Part shown: positions 18,222-28,338 of the stretch, piece by piece
Layout: every line of letters starts with the position of its first letter
Position numbering within the stretch: position 1 is the first letter of the stretch
NCBI GenBank assembly: GCA_947570625.1
Contig: CANOUP010000003.1
Location: forward strand, 19,239 to 83,238
From: an uncultured Clostridia bacterium
Lineage (GTDB): Bacteria; Bacillota; Clostridia; Christensenellales; Borkfalkiaceae
Length of the DNA stretch: 64,000 bases
Direction of reading: 5' to 3'
Translations under genes and position numbers: made by a program
The notes under the pieces: generated by a model
Seen by the model: the letters and a program-made list of their open reading frames with translations, nothing else
What the model was told of the DNA's origin: nothing
The model's database searches: none

Positions 18222-20057
18222 ATGACAAAATTCAAAAAGGTAGCGGCGACTTCCGTTGCCGTATTGGCTGCGATGTCCGCAACGGCGTTAACCGCCTGTT
18301 CGAATTCAAGAGACGGTTCGCACATTGTCTTTTGTAGTTACGGCGACGAATCGGAGCTTGCAATTTACACCGAAATGGTTGACGAATTTAACAAAACTTA
18401 CGGTGCGGAACACAACATCAAAGTAGACCATACCCCCATAGGCATAACCGGCTATAACAATTATATACAGTCTATGTCAACCGCCCGCAACAGTTATGAC
18501 GTTTGCGTTGTAATCGAGGACAGATTTAAGGCTTGGGCGACAACGGGAATAATCGGTCCTATGGAAGAATACTTCAATGCCGTTACCGATATCGACGTTT
18601 CGGACGTGTTCCCGAATACCGTCAACCGTTTAAGGTTAAACGTGTCGAACAATACGTCGAATTTGAGCGACCCGCTTTACGGAATGCCTCTCGATACCAA
18701 GCCTTCCGCACTCTATTACAACGAGTCTATGTTCAATAAGGCGGGTATAATAATCATAAGCGTAGACGAAGATGATATGGATGCTTGGAACAGAGGGGAA
18801 ATTGCCGATAAACGCGGGCATAAAAAGAGTGACTTTGCCAAATTAAGCAATGTTACCGTTCCCAAGAAGGGTTATTACCGCAGCGTGCGCCCTTATGTCA
18901 GCGGTTTCGAGTGGACAATGCCAGCTTCGGATGAAATTCTCGTATTCAATAACAGGATTCCAATGAACTGGGACGAGATGGAAGATTTGGCAATGATATT
19001 CTCGCCGAGCTCTAACCCCAACGCCGGAAAGGATTTCGGTACCGATTACGGTATGTTCACTGAATGGTGGTTCAATTACGGCTGGGCGGTAGGCGGTAAC
19101 TGCCTGCAAGACCTTTCGGGCGACGGCGAGTGGAACTTCTCGCTTTTGGATTCTACGCCCAACTATATCGTAACGGGCGAAAGCTACACGGGTAAATGGT
19201 CGGGAAAGGTCTATAATACGGGCGAAACGCTTGAACACAACGATAAATTCGATTTGCCCGAGGGAAAGGTTATGACTCCCGACAATAACGGCGGTTATAC
19301 GCTCGACGGGAATAAGCTCGGTATTCGTGCAGACGTGACTGCCGCCGCAACCGACGGAACTCTCGGCGAGCTGCCTTCAACGCGCGATGCGTTTACCCGT
19401 TATTTAAGACTCGGTGCGTCAAAGACAAGCGTTATCGAAAATGCGGGCGGGTTGGATATTGCGCCTAACCCTATTATTTTCAACACGCGTACACGTCAAA
19501 ATTATTGGTACAGCGGAAAAATGGCAATGCTTGTAGATTATTCTACTTACATCGAAAATTTCTCCAAGCAGGCTACAATATATAATTTCGAATGGGACGT
19601 CGCTCCGCTTATTGTATATAAGGAATACACCGAGCCGATGAACCCTAACTGCGATACCGTTAAAATTCAAGGAAAGGAAGCAGGCGAGTGCAACAGTAAG
19701 GCAATGTGCGTGCGTGCCCGTACAAGTACGCAGGTTAAAGAATCGGCGGCTAAGTTTATCAAATGGATGGCAAGTAAGGAAGGACAGAGCCTGCGTGCGG
19801 AGAAGGGACATTTCCCCAATCAGCAAGAGCTTTTGGACAGCATTAAATACAACGGTTACGCGCCTAAAAATATAACTGTATTCAGTGAAAATCTGCAATA
19901 TCAGAGCGCAGGCGACTGGTGGTATTTACCCGACGATATGTGGATAAAGACTTGGGCGACTCCGTTGAACAGTGAAGTGAGAAACGGAACTTTGACTTAC
20001 GATTTGTGGAAGAAAGACGCAATTCCTGACACAAACGAGTATCTCAAAAAATATTGA
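18222..20057 (+). CDS. Extracellular solute-binding lipoprotein of a carbohydrate ABC transporter
   Basis: Signal peptide with lipobox LTAC. 611 aa with a family-1 SBP-like composition. Confidence 0.75.
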   Translation: MTKFKKVAATSVAVLAAMSATALTACSNSRDGSHIVFCSYGDESELAIYTEMVDEFNKTYGAEHNIKVDHTPIGITGYNNYIQSMSTARNSYDVCVVIEDRFKAWATTGIIGPMEEYFNAVTDIDVSDVFPNTVNRLRLNVSNNTSNLSDPLYGMPLDTKPSALYYNESMFNKAGIIIISVDEDDMDAWNRGEIADKRGHKKSDFAKLSNVTVPKKGYYRSVRPYVSGFEWTMPASDEILVFNNRIPMNWDEMEDLAMIFSPSSNPNAGKDFGTDYGMFTEWWFNYGWAVGGNCLQDLSGDGEWNFSLLDSTPNYIVTGESYTGKWSGKVYNTGETLEHNDKFDLPEGKVMTPDNNGGYTLDGNKLGIRADVTAAATDGTLGELPSTRDAFTRYLRLGASKTSVIENAGGLDIAPNPIIFNTRTRQNYWYSGKMAMLVDYSTYIENFSKQATIYNFEWDVAPLIVYKEYTEPMNPNCDTVKIQGKEAGECNSKAMCVRARTSTQVKESAAKFIKWMASKEGQSLRAEKGHFPNQQELLDSIKYNGYAPKNITVFSENLQYQSAGDWWYLPDDMWIKTWATPLNSEVRNGTLTYDLWKKDAIPDTNEYLKKY

Positions 20058-20104
20058 TTGACAAATCGAATAACTTCAAAAAAATAAAATAAGAGGTTAA
20101 TTTA

Positions 20105-22018
20105 ATGAAAAAATTTTTGGTTGGTATTATGGCGGCGGCTCTGTCCGTGTGCGTGGTTGCGGGTTGCGGTGCGAATACCGTTGACGTGTTCAGGCTCGAC
20201 CACTACAACGGCGTAGCGGAGGACGGGGCAACGGACAGCAAGTATTTCTACCGCAACGATTTTTCGCTCATTACGGGTGACTCTCAGGTTATCTGGGTCA
20301 GCGAAGAGCAGGACGATGAATACGGTGGCTACTATTATCAGTACGCTTCTATGTGCGACGGCGTTTTGCTTGAAAATTTCGGCGGCGACGACCCACACCG
20401 TTCGGCAATTACCTGTTTCCGCAGTAAAGATTTAAACGATTGGGAAAAATGCGGAGCAGTAGATAACGGTTTCTCAGTAAGGTTTGAAACGCACGAATGG
20501 CCCGTTTCGGCTTGTTGGGCTCCCGAAACAATATATAATCCCAAAGACGGCAAATATTATATGTTTTTCTCGGCGGAAGCTAATCCAAAGCCTACGGGTA
20601 AAGTGGAGTATGACACGGAAGGTCAGTTGTTTAACAGATTCTTTATGGTAACGTGCGTTTCGGATACTCCCGTAGGGCCATTTAAGCTTTTAACAAGTGC
20701 AAATTACTACGGCGACCCTGAGACCTCAAACCTCAACGGCAAGGTTATAACGAGCAAAAATCCTGCTATAAATCCAAAATTCGATTTGGGACTTGACAGC
20801 TTATTTGCGATAATCGACACGCATCCTTTCTATGACGGCGACGACCTGTACATTTACTTCGTCCGCCATATAAGCGACGATTCGGGTTTCAATTCGGTTT
20901 GGGGTATGAAGATGAAAGATATGCTTTCGCCCGACTATTCCACGGCGCGCTGTCTTATTGTTCCAAACTACCGTTCGGTAGAGTATATCGAGGACAGTAC
21001 GCTCTCGAATATGGATATTAACCGCTATAAGCTGATAGACGAATTCGTTGACCCCGAGGAATACGCAAAGCTCACGGACAAGACGAATAAGGTTTCAAAA
21101 GCCGATTACGGCGAGGAATACCACATTAACGAAGGTCCGTTTATGTGGAAGGATAACGGCAGATATTATCTTACTTATTCTCCGCAGGGCGTCGGCAGGT
21201 TTGGCTATCAGGTAAGGCAGGCGTTGGGGACGTCCCCGCTCGGGAAGTTTGAAAAACCTACGTTAGATCCCGCAACTCTTATGGGTTCGAGCGACACTAA
21301 TACGTCTATGCTCGGTTCGGGACATCATTGCTTTATAGACGGCGGCGCAGGCGATTTATATTGCGTAAGCTGGCCCAACCTCGTTCCTATGACGAACAAT
21401 ATAGACAAGGACGGCAGAGCCTATGCGGTTGACAGAGTTCATTTTATCGAGGACGAAACCTACGGCAGAGTTATGACGGGCGGCCCTACCGACAGCTTGC
21501 AGTATAAACCTTATAATTATACCGGTAAAGTGAACGTTGCTCCCAAGGCTGAGGTTACCGCAACCAATAGCGTAAAAGGAACGGAAAAATATATTAACGA
21601 TGAGGTTGTGGTATTCCGCGAATATTATGCGGATAAGGAATTTGCCTCGGACGGAAAAACGACCGTAACGCTTACGTTTGACCGACCCACCGAAATTTCA
21701 GCCATAATGATATATAACAGTTATGACTACTATTCGGCTTTCGACGGTGTGGACAGCATTTTGTTTTATCTTTCCGAAAAGCCTACCTGGTACACGGCGG
21801 ATAATTATGTGCCCGTGGCGGGTATATTCGATTTGCCTTTCAACAGAGATTATTTCAACGAGCAGGGCAAATATATGAATCAGGGCGGCTCTTCATTGGC
21901 TTCGTTTAACGATATTAAAGTAGATAAGATAGAAATAACAATCAGCAAAAAAATAACTGCGGACCGAGATAATATAATCAAGATTTCAGATATAGTCGTA
22001 TTAGGTAAAGGGGAATAA
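20105..22018 (+). CDS. Glycoside hydrolase family 43 lipoprotein with a C-terminal beta-sandwich module
   Basis: Lipobox VAGC. WAPETIYNPKDGKYYMFFSA and NEGPFMWKDNGRYYLTYS are typical GH43 blades. Confidence 0.8.
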   Translation: MKKFLVGIMAAALSVCVVAGCGANTVDVFRLDHYNGVAEDGATDSKYFYRNDFSLITGDSQVIWVSEEQDDEYGGYYYQYASMCDGVLLENFGGDDPHRSAITCFRSKDLNDWEKCGAVDNGFSVRFETHEWPVSACWAPETIYNPKDGKYYMFFSAEANPKPTGKVEYDTEGQLFNRFFMVTCVSDTPVGPFKLLTSANYYGDPETSNLNGKVITSKNPAINPKFDLGLDSLFAIIDTHPFYDGDDLYIYFVRHISDDSGFNSVWGMKMKDMLSPDYSTARCLIVPNYRSVEYIEDSTLSNMDINRYKLIDEFVDPEEYAKLTDKTNKVSKADYGEEYHINEGPFMWKDNGRYYLTYSPQGVGRFGYQVRQALGTSPLGKFEKPTLDPATLMGSSDTNTSMLGSGHHCFIDGGAGDLYCVSWPNLVPMTNNIDKDGRAYAVDRVHFIEDETYGRVMTGGPTDSLQYKPYNYTGKVNVAPKAEVTATNSVKGTEKYINDEVVVFREYYADKEFASDGKTTVTLTFDRPTEISAIMIYNSYDYYSAFDGVDSILFYLSEKPTWYTADNYVPVAGIFDLPFNRDYFNEQGKYMNQGGSSLASFNDIKVDKIEITISKKITADRDNIIKISDIVVLGKGE

Positions 22019-22023
22019 ATTAA

Positions 22024-25000
22024 GTGAAAAGAAAACCGGTTATTATTTCTTTAATGATGACGTTTGCGTGCGCTTCCGCTTTGGGAGTCGCTACGGGCTG
22101 TAACGGCTGTTCAAGCTGTAACGGAGATAAAAATGCGAATGTAATAGAGAGCAACGACGGCTACAAATGGACGTACACTCAGCCTTTTGTGGACGATATG
22201 GACGACGATATGAAAATCGACGGTAAGCTTGAGGAGTCCCGCTGGACCGAAGGCGGGAAGAAGTGGCTTACGCATACCGAAAAGGATGTTGAATTGCGCT
22301 ATACAACTTCGTTTACGCAGAAGGGGATGTATATTGCAGCCGAGGCAAAGGACCCCGGTATGCAGTGGAATGACACGCGCGATTTTGCCAACAATTCATC
22401 GTTTTATTTCTATATCATTTCCAACAAGGCAACCGAATATCACGCATTCGACTGTATGGGCTTTTATGTCGACGAGTTGAACAGCGCCTGCCGTCAGAAT
22501 TCGCGCTTTGCGGCAAAGGGCTTGCGTACGGAGGTAAACGGTGTACCAACATTAACGGCGGAATTTTTCGCTTCGTGGGAGGCGCTCAACTATACGGTTG
22601 ACAAAGCTACAGGTATGCCCGAAGAGGCAAATTTCCTGCCTCAGTACCGCTACGTAGCGGGAGTTAACTCCACCGAAAATACTTACCTTAAACCTGCGCT
22701 TGCGGAAACGGGCGGAGACAGGGTTAAAAACGCTTACTCGTTCAACGGCGACGGCTACATCAACGTGGACGTTGATGGGGCGGAGCTTGGTAATGCCGTT
22801 ACCGGCTTTGCCAAATCCGACGGCTGGGATTTATCGAATATCAAGGGCGAAAGTAAGAGTATAACGGCAAACAGAGTCGGCGATCAGGCGATATTCTTCA
22901 AGGATATCAATTCTTCGAGATATTCGTATTCCGTTGATATTACTTTCAACGAGTCGTACAACGACGGTATCCCCGCTGTGGGCGTATTCGATATGAAGAA
23001 CGCCGAGGACTTCAATATTATGTGGTTTCACGGCGAAGATATCGCAAACAACAAAAACTCTTACCGCTATTTCCTGCGCGATTTGCATACGGGCAGAAGC
23101 GATACGCAACAGGGCAACTTAGACGTTACAAGCGGGAGTAAGACAATAAAAATCTGCGTCATAAAGGACGATTCCCGTCTTTACTATATTTTCAACGGAA
23201 AGTACGAGTTCGGCGTTGATTTAAATTGGCTCGGCGGGAAAACTATTCCCGGTTTATACACCTTCGGCACGAACGCAACGTTCTCGAATTGGGAGGTTAC
23301 CGACTTTGAGAGCGCAGAAAAAGACGCTCAGTTTAAAGAGCTTTGCGCAACCTATATGCATACCGTAAATATCGACGGCGCCATAACGGGCGGTACGGTA
23401 ACTACTGACAATCTTGCGGTTGCGGTTGGCAGCGACGACAGCGTCAAGCTTTCGATAGCTCCTACGCGCGGCTACGTTTTAACCGATTTTACCTTAAACG
23501 GCGAATCTGCTTACGACAGGGTAATTTCGGAAATGATAGGAGGCGTATTTACTATTACGCCTGACAGGGCGGTGAATATCGGCGCTACCTTCTCGGCGAT
23601 GCCCGCATCCGAAACTCTCCGTATAACGGGTAACGTTAAACGCAGCAACGGCTCGGCTTTGATAGGTATGTCGTACTCGGTACACAGCGAGCAGGAGGCT
23701 AATACCAATATTCTCTATAATTACGGAACTACGACCTCTGCCGGTATATTCGATATCACCGTTTTAAAAGCGGGAACTCATACGATTGGCGGAAAGACCG
23801 TAATTACGGACGGAAAGTATACGCTTACGTTTGACGGTATATTCTCCCGCGGCGACGTTAACAGTATTGTAATAGATACTACGGATGAAAAATTCAGCGG
23901 TCAAAGCTATCACGCCTACGGCGACGTTATACTCAACCCGGTTAAAGCGTTGCAGATGGCGGAAACACCGGACGGCAAAATTCAGACCACGAATTTAAAG
24001 GTTAATCAGTCCGAAAAGTTTTCTTACTTCGTCGGCAACGACGAGGTTACAGGTAGCTTCGAGCTTACTATGACGATTAACGCCAAAAACGACGCGTGGC
24101 CCTGCTACGGTATTACCGTCGAAGACGAAAACAACAACGCCATGTCACTGTTTGCGGCAGGTCCCAAGTATTATCGCATAATGAAAGGCTATGACGGCGT
24201 AAACTATACGCAAGCTGATAAGAGCACGACGTATAAAGACGGAATAAGCAATTTAAAGCTTGTGTACGATGCGAAAAAAGACGTGTTTATGTTCTATGTG
24301 AATGATGTGCTTTTCGATACGCTCAAACGCTCGGATTATCTCACGGGTACAACATTTAAATACGGACCCGTAGGCTATATGGTTGGGGCAGACGGTTATA
24401 CGGGAAACCCCATTACCGACGAAAATCCCTTCGCAACCTTTACCAAACCCGTAATTATCAAAGAATATACACTCAGCTTGCCTACCGGGGCAACGGTGGT
24501 AACTTCCGACGGGACGGCTATCACGGACGGTAAAGTTCCCGTGCTTTCTACGGTTACGGTAACGATACCCGTTTCTGGCAATAATAACTATATGATTTAC
24601 GTTGACGGTATTCCCGTTGCCACTACCAAAGAAGAAGGTAAAATTTCGGCGACGTTCGGTGTTACCGCAAACAGCAGCGTAACTTATGAAGAGGCAAATG
24701 AAATAAGCGGTAGCGTTGCCTTGGGCGATAAATACCCCGCACTTAAAGATAAGCAGTCGCTTAGCGGAGTAGAGGTGTTGTTCGCAGGTGAAAACGGCAA
24801 AGTGGTTTACACGGCGATAACGGATAAAGACGGCAACTTTACCGCATCCTTGCCTGACGGCGCTTTCTATGTGGGAGCCAAGGGTGACTGCCTTGTTTCA
24901 GACAGTATTAGTATAACGGTTACCGGAGGCTTGTCAAACGTAAATCTTACTTTAAACAAGCCCGCGCTTGACGAACAGATTTTCGAAGCCGAGTTGGGTT

Positions 25001-28000
25001 ACGATGCAAAGACGGGCAACTATGTTATAGACGGCGCACACGGACAAAAGGCGGCGGGCTTCCTTGCGGGAGCTTCGCATGAAAACGGCAATTCTTACGT
25101 TGTATCCGTGAAAATGAGCAATCTCGGCAACGATTGGCCGAGCGGCGGTTTCGCAATAGGCAATTCGGCGGATAAGTTCGTCAAATTCGAAATTGTAAAA
25201 TCCACGTCAAATACTTATATTTTAAGAATTAAAGACGAAGTTACAAACGGCGAAGTTTTGTGGTGGTTCAACAACATTACTGAGTTCAATAAGTACAATG
25301 AACTGGATGAGTTTACATTCAAGGTTGTATATGCAAATGGCAACTATTATATCTTCCTCGAAGGCGACTTGCTTGTAACCGTACCCGAAACAACCGCGCT
25401 CGGCGGAACAACTGTAAAATCAGCCGTCGGTAGCGGAAAGACCGTAAAATTAGGACTTTACGGCGAAGAAATCATCACGTTCTCGGAATACGCATATTCG
25501 TATGCCGACGCCGACATCAAGGCTCTTATCGGTCGCACGCTTACTTTGGATTCGGGTTTAACGGCAACAGTAAACGGCACGCCCGTAACGGACGGAGGGG
25601 TACTCTTAGGTAACGAAGTTACTGTTACGATAGACGTTCCCGCAGACAAATATTACAATATAATAGTTGACGGTGCGGCAGTTCCTACCGTAAACGAAAA
25701 CGGCAAAGCAACCGCAAAATTCAAGGTTACGGGCAACCATAGCGTAACGTATTCGATTTCGTATGAAGTCAGAGGCAACGTTACAGGCGGCGACGAGAAC
25801 ACCATTATAACCGTAGCGACAACGAGTGGCGCAATAGTCTACACGAGCAAGGGGGCAACGTTCAGCGCAATGCTCGCAGACGGTAACTACATTGTAACGG
25901 CGCAGGGCACGGATAAGGTTTCAAACGGCGTTAAGTTTACGGTTAACGGAAATGCGGTAAGCGGCATAGAAGTTATGCTGAATAAGCTTACGATAGGCGA
26001 ACAGGTTTACGAGCACGAATTTATTTATAACTCCGCAAACGGTTCGTTCTATGCCGAGCATACGCCCGAAGGCTCGCCTATGTACGGCGGATACTTTAAA
26101 GACTTAACGGTTGAAGAAGGCAAAGACTTTGTATTAGGCGCAACTATGAAAGATATGGGCGCAAGCATGTGGCCTTCAACCGGTTTGCTTGTCGGTACGA
26201 CTAAGGATAAATATGTTCGCTTTGATATAATCCGCAATACGGACGGTAACGTGTTCGGCTTGCAGGTACGCAGTGCAACGGGTAAAGAAACTATTAGTTG
26301 GTTTGATACCGAGCCTTTCACAAAATGGGCTAAGCCTTTCGGTGAAGACGGAACGAAGGAGTTCAAGCTGGAACTTATATATCATAACGGCGTTTATTTC
26401 GTATTCTTTAACGGTGAGCTTGCCGCTAAATACAATGAAAACGACAAAGTATTGGCGGGCGAGACGATTGCGGCGCAAGTAGGCACTGGAGACAGAAAGC
26501 TTGGCGTTTATGCTGAAAGACAGATAAGCTATACCGATTGGGGATATTCTGCGGCTACGGGCGATTTAAATAAATATTTAAGCGCAACTGTAACGGCTAA
26601 CGGAATGACGGTTACGGTAAACGGCAAAGAAATTACGGACGGCAGTGTGCTTTTGGGCGACGACGTTACGGTTTCGGTAGACGTTTCCGCAGGACAGGTG
26701 GTTTCGATACTCGTTGACGGTAAAGCGGTTGAAACTAATATCGAAAACGGGAAAGCAACGGCTACGTTTAAAGTGACCGGCAACCATACCGTAACGTATT
26801 CGAGCGTTTATGCCGTAAGCGGTACGGCAGCGGCGGGCGCAACGGTTACTTTTGCGAATTCGGACGGCAGTATTGCTAAACAGATTACGGCGGAAACGGA
26901 CGGTACATTCAGCGTAACGTTGCCCGACGGCACTTACTACGCAAGTGCAGAAACCGCTGCTGCGGTTTCTGCGGTAACAAAAGTAGCGGTTAACGGCAAT
27001 GCGGTATTCGGATTGGAAATACGGGTTAACCGTGCACTCATTACCGACAAGGTATTTGCGGAAGACTTTAAATTTAGCTATGTTGACGGCTCGTTGTATT
27101 CTTTGCACGACGGCAACGGAACAAATTGGTACGGCGGATACTTTGACGGTGCAACGGTTGCGGAAGGCAAAGATTTTGTATTAAGCGCAACTATGAAAGA
27201 TATGGGAGCAAGCATGTGGCCTTCAACCGGTTTGCTTGTCGGTACGACTAAGGATAAATACGTTCGTTTCAATATAATCCGCAATACGGACGGTGGCGTG
27301 TTCGGCTTGCAGGTACGCAGTGCAACGGGTAAAGAAACTATTAGTTGGTTTAACGTCGGGTCTAAATTTGTCAATCCGTTCAGCGGAGAGGACGGAAGTC
27401 TTGAATTAAAGCTTATTTACCACAACGGTTTATATTCCGTTTACTTCAACAATGTGCTTGCGGCGCAATTTGACGAGACGGCGGCAACATTAAGCGATTC
27501 TTCCGCATCCATAGCGTCGCAGCTTGAAAACGGGGTAAGGAAACTCGGTTTCTACGCCGAGAGGCAAATAACGCTTGTCGATTGGAGTTTTGAAACGACT
27601 GACGTAACAATTCCCGCAGAGGCGAGAGTAAAAGGCTTTGATGGTGTTACGGCGTTTAAATACGATACCGAAAGCGGAGCGTTCAAGAGCGTTTGGAATA
27701 ACAATAACCAACGCAGCGTGACGGATATCGACGTTAAGGACGTACAAGAATGGGTTTGGTCGGCCGACGTTCACGTAATGTCGGATTGGGCATATCCTTC
27801 TGTCGGACTTGCGCTCTACAACGGCGAAAATACCAAAGATTTCATAACTAAAATTATCCGTCTTACGCCCGATGAGACCGAGAGCAATAAAGATTCGCAG
27901 ACCTGTCAGCTTAAAATCGGTACCACCGACTTTGGTGCAGACGCAGGCGGTAACAGCACCCAGCAATGGGTTGATTCCCATAAAACAGCGTTAAAAGACG

Positions 28001-28194
28001 AAGTGCGTATGTCGCTTGTACACGACGCAAACGGCTATTATCTGTTTATCGGAAGTGACCTGGTATGGTCTACTACCGATAATATAGTCGACGGTTGGGA
28101 CAGCGTGCGCCTTGGATTCTTTGCAGAGCAGGAGGCTTCGGTAAGAAATCTTACTTACTCAACCGATATAAGCGGATACAACACAAATACTTAG
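22024..28194 (+). CDS. Giant (2056 aa) modular cell-surface lipoprotein, probably glycan-binding
   Basis: Lipobox ATGC. The N-terminal IDGKLEESRW block is CBM9/DOMON-like. Three tandem about 350-aa modules are followed by a related C-terminal module. Confidence 0.7.
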   Translation: MKRKPVIISLMMTFACASALGVATGCNGCSSCNGDKNANVIESNDGYKWTYTQPFVDDMDDDMKIDGKLEESRWTEGGKKWLTHTEKDVELRYTTSFTQKGMYIAAEAKDPGMQWNDTRDFANNSSFYFYIISNKATEYHAFDCMGFYVDELNSACRQNSRFAAKGLRTEVNGVPTLTAEFFASWEALNYTVDKATGMPEEANFLPQYRYVAGVNSTENTYLKPALAETGGDRVKNAYSFNGDGYINVDVDGAELGNAVTGFAKSDGWDLSNIKGESKSITANRVGDQAIFFKDINSSRYSYSVDITFNESYNDGIPAVGVFDMKNAEDFNIMWFHGEDIANNKNSYRYFLRDLHTGRSDTQQGNLDVTSGSKTIKICVIKDDSRLYYIFNGKYEFGVDLNWLGGKTIPGLYTFGTNATFSNWEVTDFESAEKDAQFKELCATYMHTVNIDGAITGGTVTTDNLAVAVGSDDSVKLSIAPTRGYVLTDFTLNGESAYDRVISEMIGGVFTITPDRAVNIGATFSAMPASETLRITGNVKRSNGSALIGMSYSVHSEQEANTNILYNYGTTTSAGIFDITVLKAGTHTIGGKTVITDGKYTLTFDGIFSRGDVNSIVIDTTDEKFSGQSYHAYGDVILNPVKALQMAETPDGKIQTTNLKVNQSEKFSYFVGNDEVTGSFELTMTINAKNDAWPCYGITVEDENNNAMSLFAAGPKYYRIMKGYDGVNYTQADKSTTYKDGISNLKLVYDAKKDVFMFYVNDVLFDTLKRSDYLTGTTFKYGPVGYMVGADGYTGNPITDENPFATFTKPVIIKEYTLSLPTGATVVTSDGTAITDGKVPVLSTVTVTIPVSGNNNYMIYVDGIPVATTKEEGKISATFGVTANSSVTYEEANEISGSVALGDKYPALKDKQSLSGVEVLFAGENGKVVYTAITDKDGNFTASLPDGAFYVGAKGDCLVSDSISITVTGGLSNVNLTLNKPALDEQIFEAELGYDAKTGNYVIDGAHGQKAAGFLAGASHENGNSYVVSVKMSNLGNDWPSGGFAIGNSADKFVKFEIVKSTSNTYILRIKDEVTNGEVLWWFNNITEFNKYNELDEFTFKVVYANGNYYIFLEGDLLVTVPETTALGGTTVKSAVGSGKTVKLGLYGEEIITFSEYAYSYADADIKALIGRTLTLDSGLTATVNGTPVTDGGVLLGNEVTVTIDVPADKYYNIIVDGAAVPTVNENGKATAKFKVTGNHSVTYSISYEVRGNVTGGDENTIITVATTSGAIVYTSKGATFSAMLADGNYIVTAQGTDKVSNGVKFTVNGNAVSGIEVMLNKLTIGEQVYEHEFIYNSANGSFYAEHTPEGSPMYGGYFKDLTVEEGKDFVLGATMKDMGASMWPSTGLLVGTTKDKYVRFDIIRNTDGNVFGLQVRSATGKETISWFDTEPFTKWAKPFGEDGTKEFKLELIYHNGVYFVFFNGELAAKYNENDKVLAGETIAAQVGTGDRKLGVYAERQISYTDWGYSAATGDLNKYLSATVTANGMTVTVNGKEITDGSVLLGDDVTVSVDVSAGQVVSILVDGKAVETNIENGKATATFKVTGNHTVTYSSVYAVSGTAAAGATVTFANSDGSIAKQITAETDGTFSVTLPDGTYYASAETAAAVSAVTKVAVNGNAVFGLEIRVNRALITDKVFAEDFKFSYVDGSLYSLHDGNGTNWYGGYFDGATVAEGKDFVLSATMKDMGASMWPSTGLLVGTTKDKYVRFNIIRNTDGGVFGLQVRSATGKETISWFNVGSKFVNPFSGEDGSLELKLIYHNGLYSVYFNNVLAAQFDETAATLSDSSASIASQLENGVRKLGFYAERQITLVDWSFETTDVTIPAEARVKGFDGVTAFKYDTESGAFKSVWNNNNQRSVTDIDVKDVQEWVWSADVHVMSDWAYPSVGLALYNGENTKDFITKIIRLTPDETESNKDSQTCQLKIGTTDFGADAGGNSTQQWVDSHKTALKDEVRMSLVHDANGYYLFIGSDLVWSTTDNIVDGWDSVRLGFFAEQEASVRNLTYSTDISGYNTNT
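24466..27600 (+). repeat. Three tandem about 1.03-1.07-kb coding modules inside the giant lipoprotein gene
   Basis: Modules start near 24466 (YTLSLPTGATV), 25534 (RTLTLDSGLTA) and 26574 (YLSATVTANG). The blocks 26119-26304 and 27166-27351 are 177/186 nt identical. Confidence 0.8.
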
Positions 28195-28203
28195 TAGGAG
28201 AAG

Positions 28204-28237
28204 CAACGCCTTTCCTTTGCAGAAAGGAAAGGCGTTG
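28204..28237 (+). terminator. Strong hairpin after the giant lipoprotein gene
   Basis: 15-bp perfect stem caacgcctttccttt-gcag-aaaggaaaggcgttg with a weak T-tract. Confidence 0.6.
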
Positions 28238-28338
28238 TATAATTTGTTATGATTAAGTTTGAGCCCAACAGACATTTTAAGGAAAAGTATTTAAAACTGT
28301 ACGGGCTTGATGAAAATACAAAATAGAGGAATGAGGTT

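Noticed and set aside
22229-28000. Numerous internal and antisense ORFs within the giant lipoprotein gene (for example 26578..27108, 27490..27981, 26049..26366).
   Set aside because: All are nested in a long, repeat-structured, clearly coding plus-strand frame. Duplicated shadow ORFs simply mirror the tandem modules.
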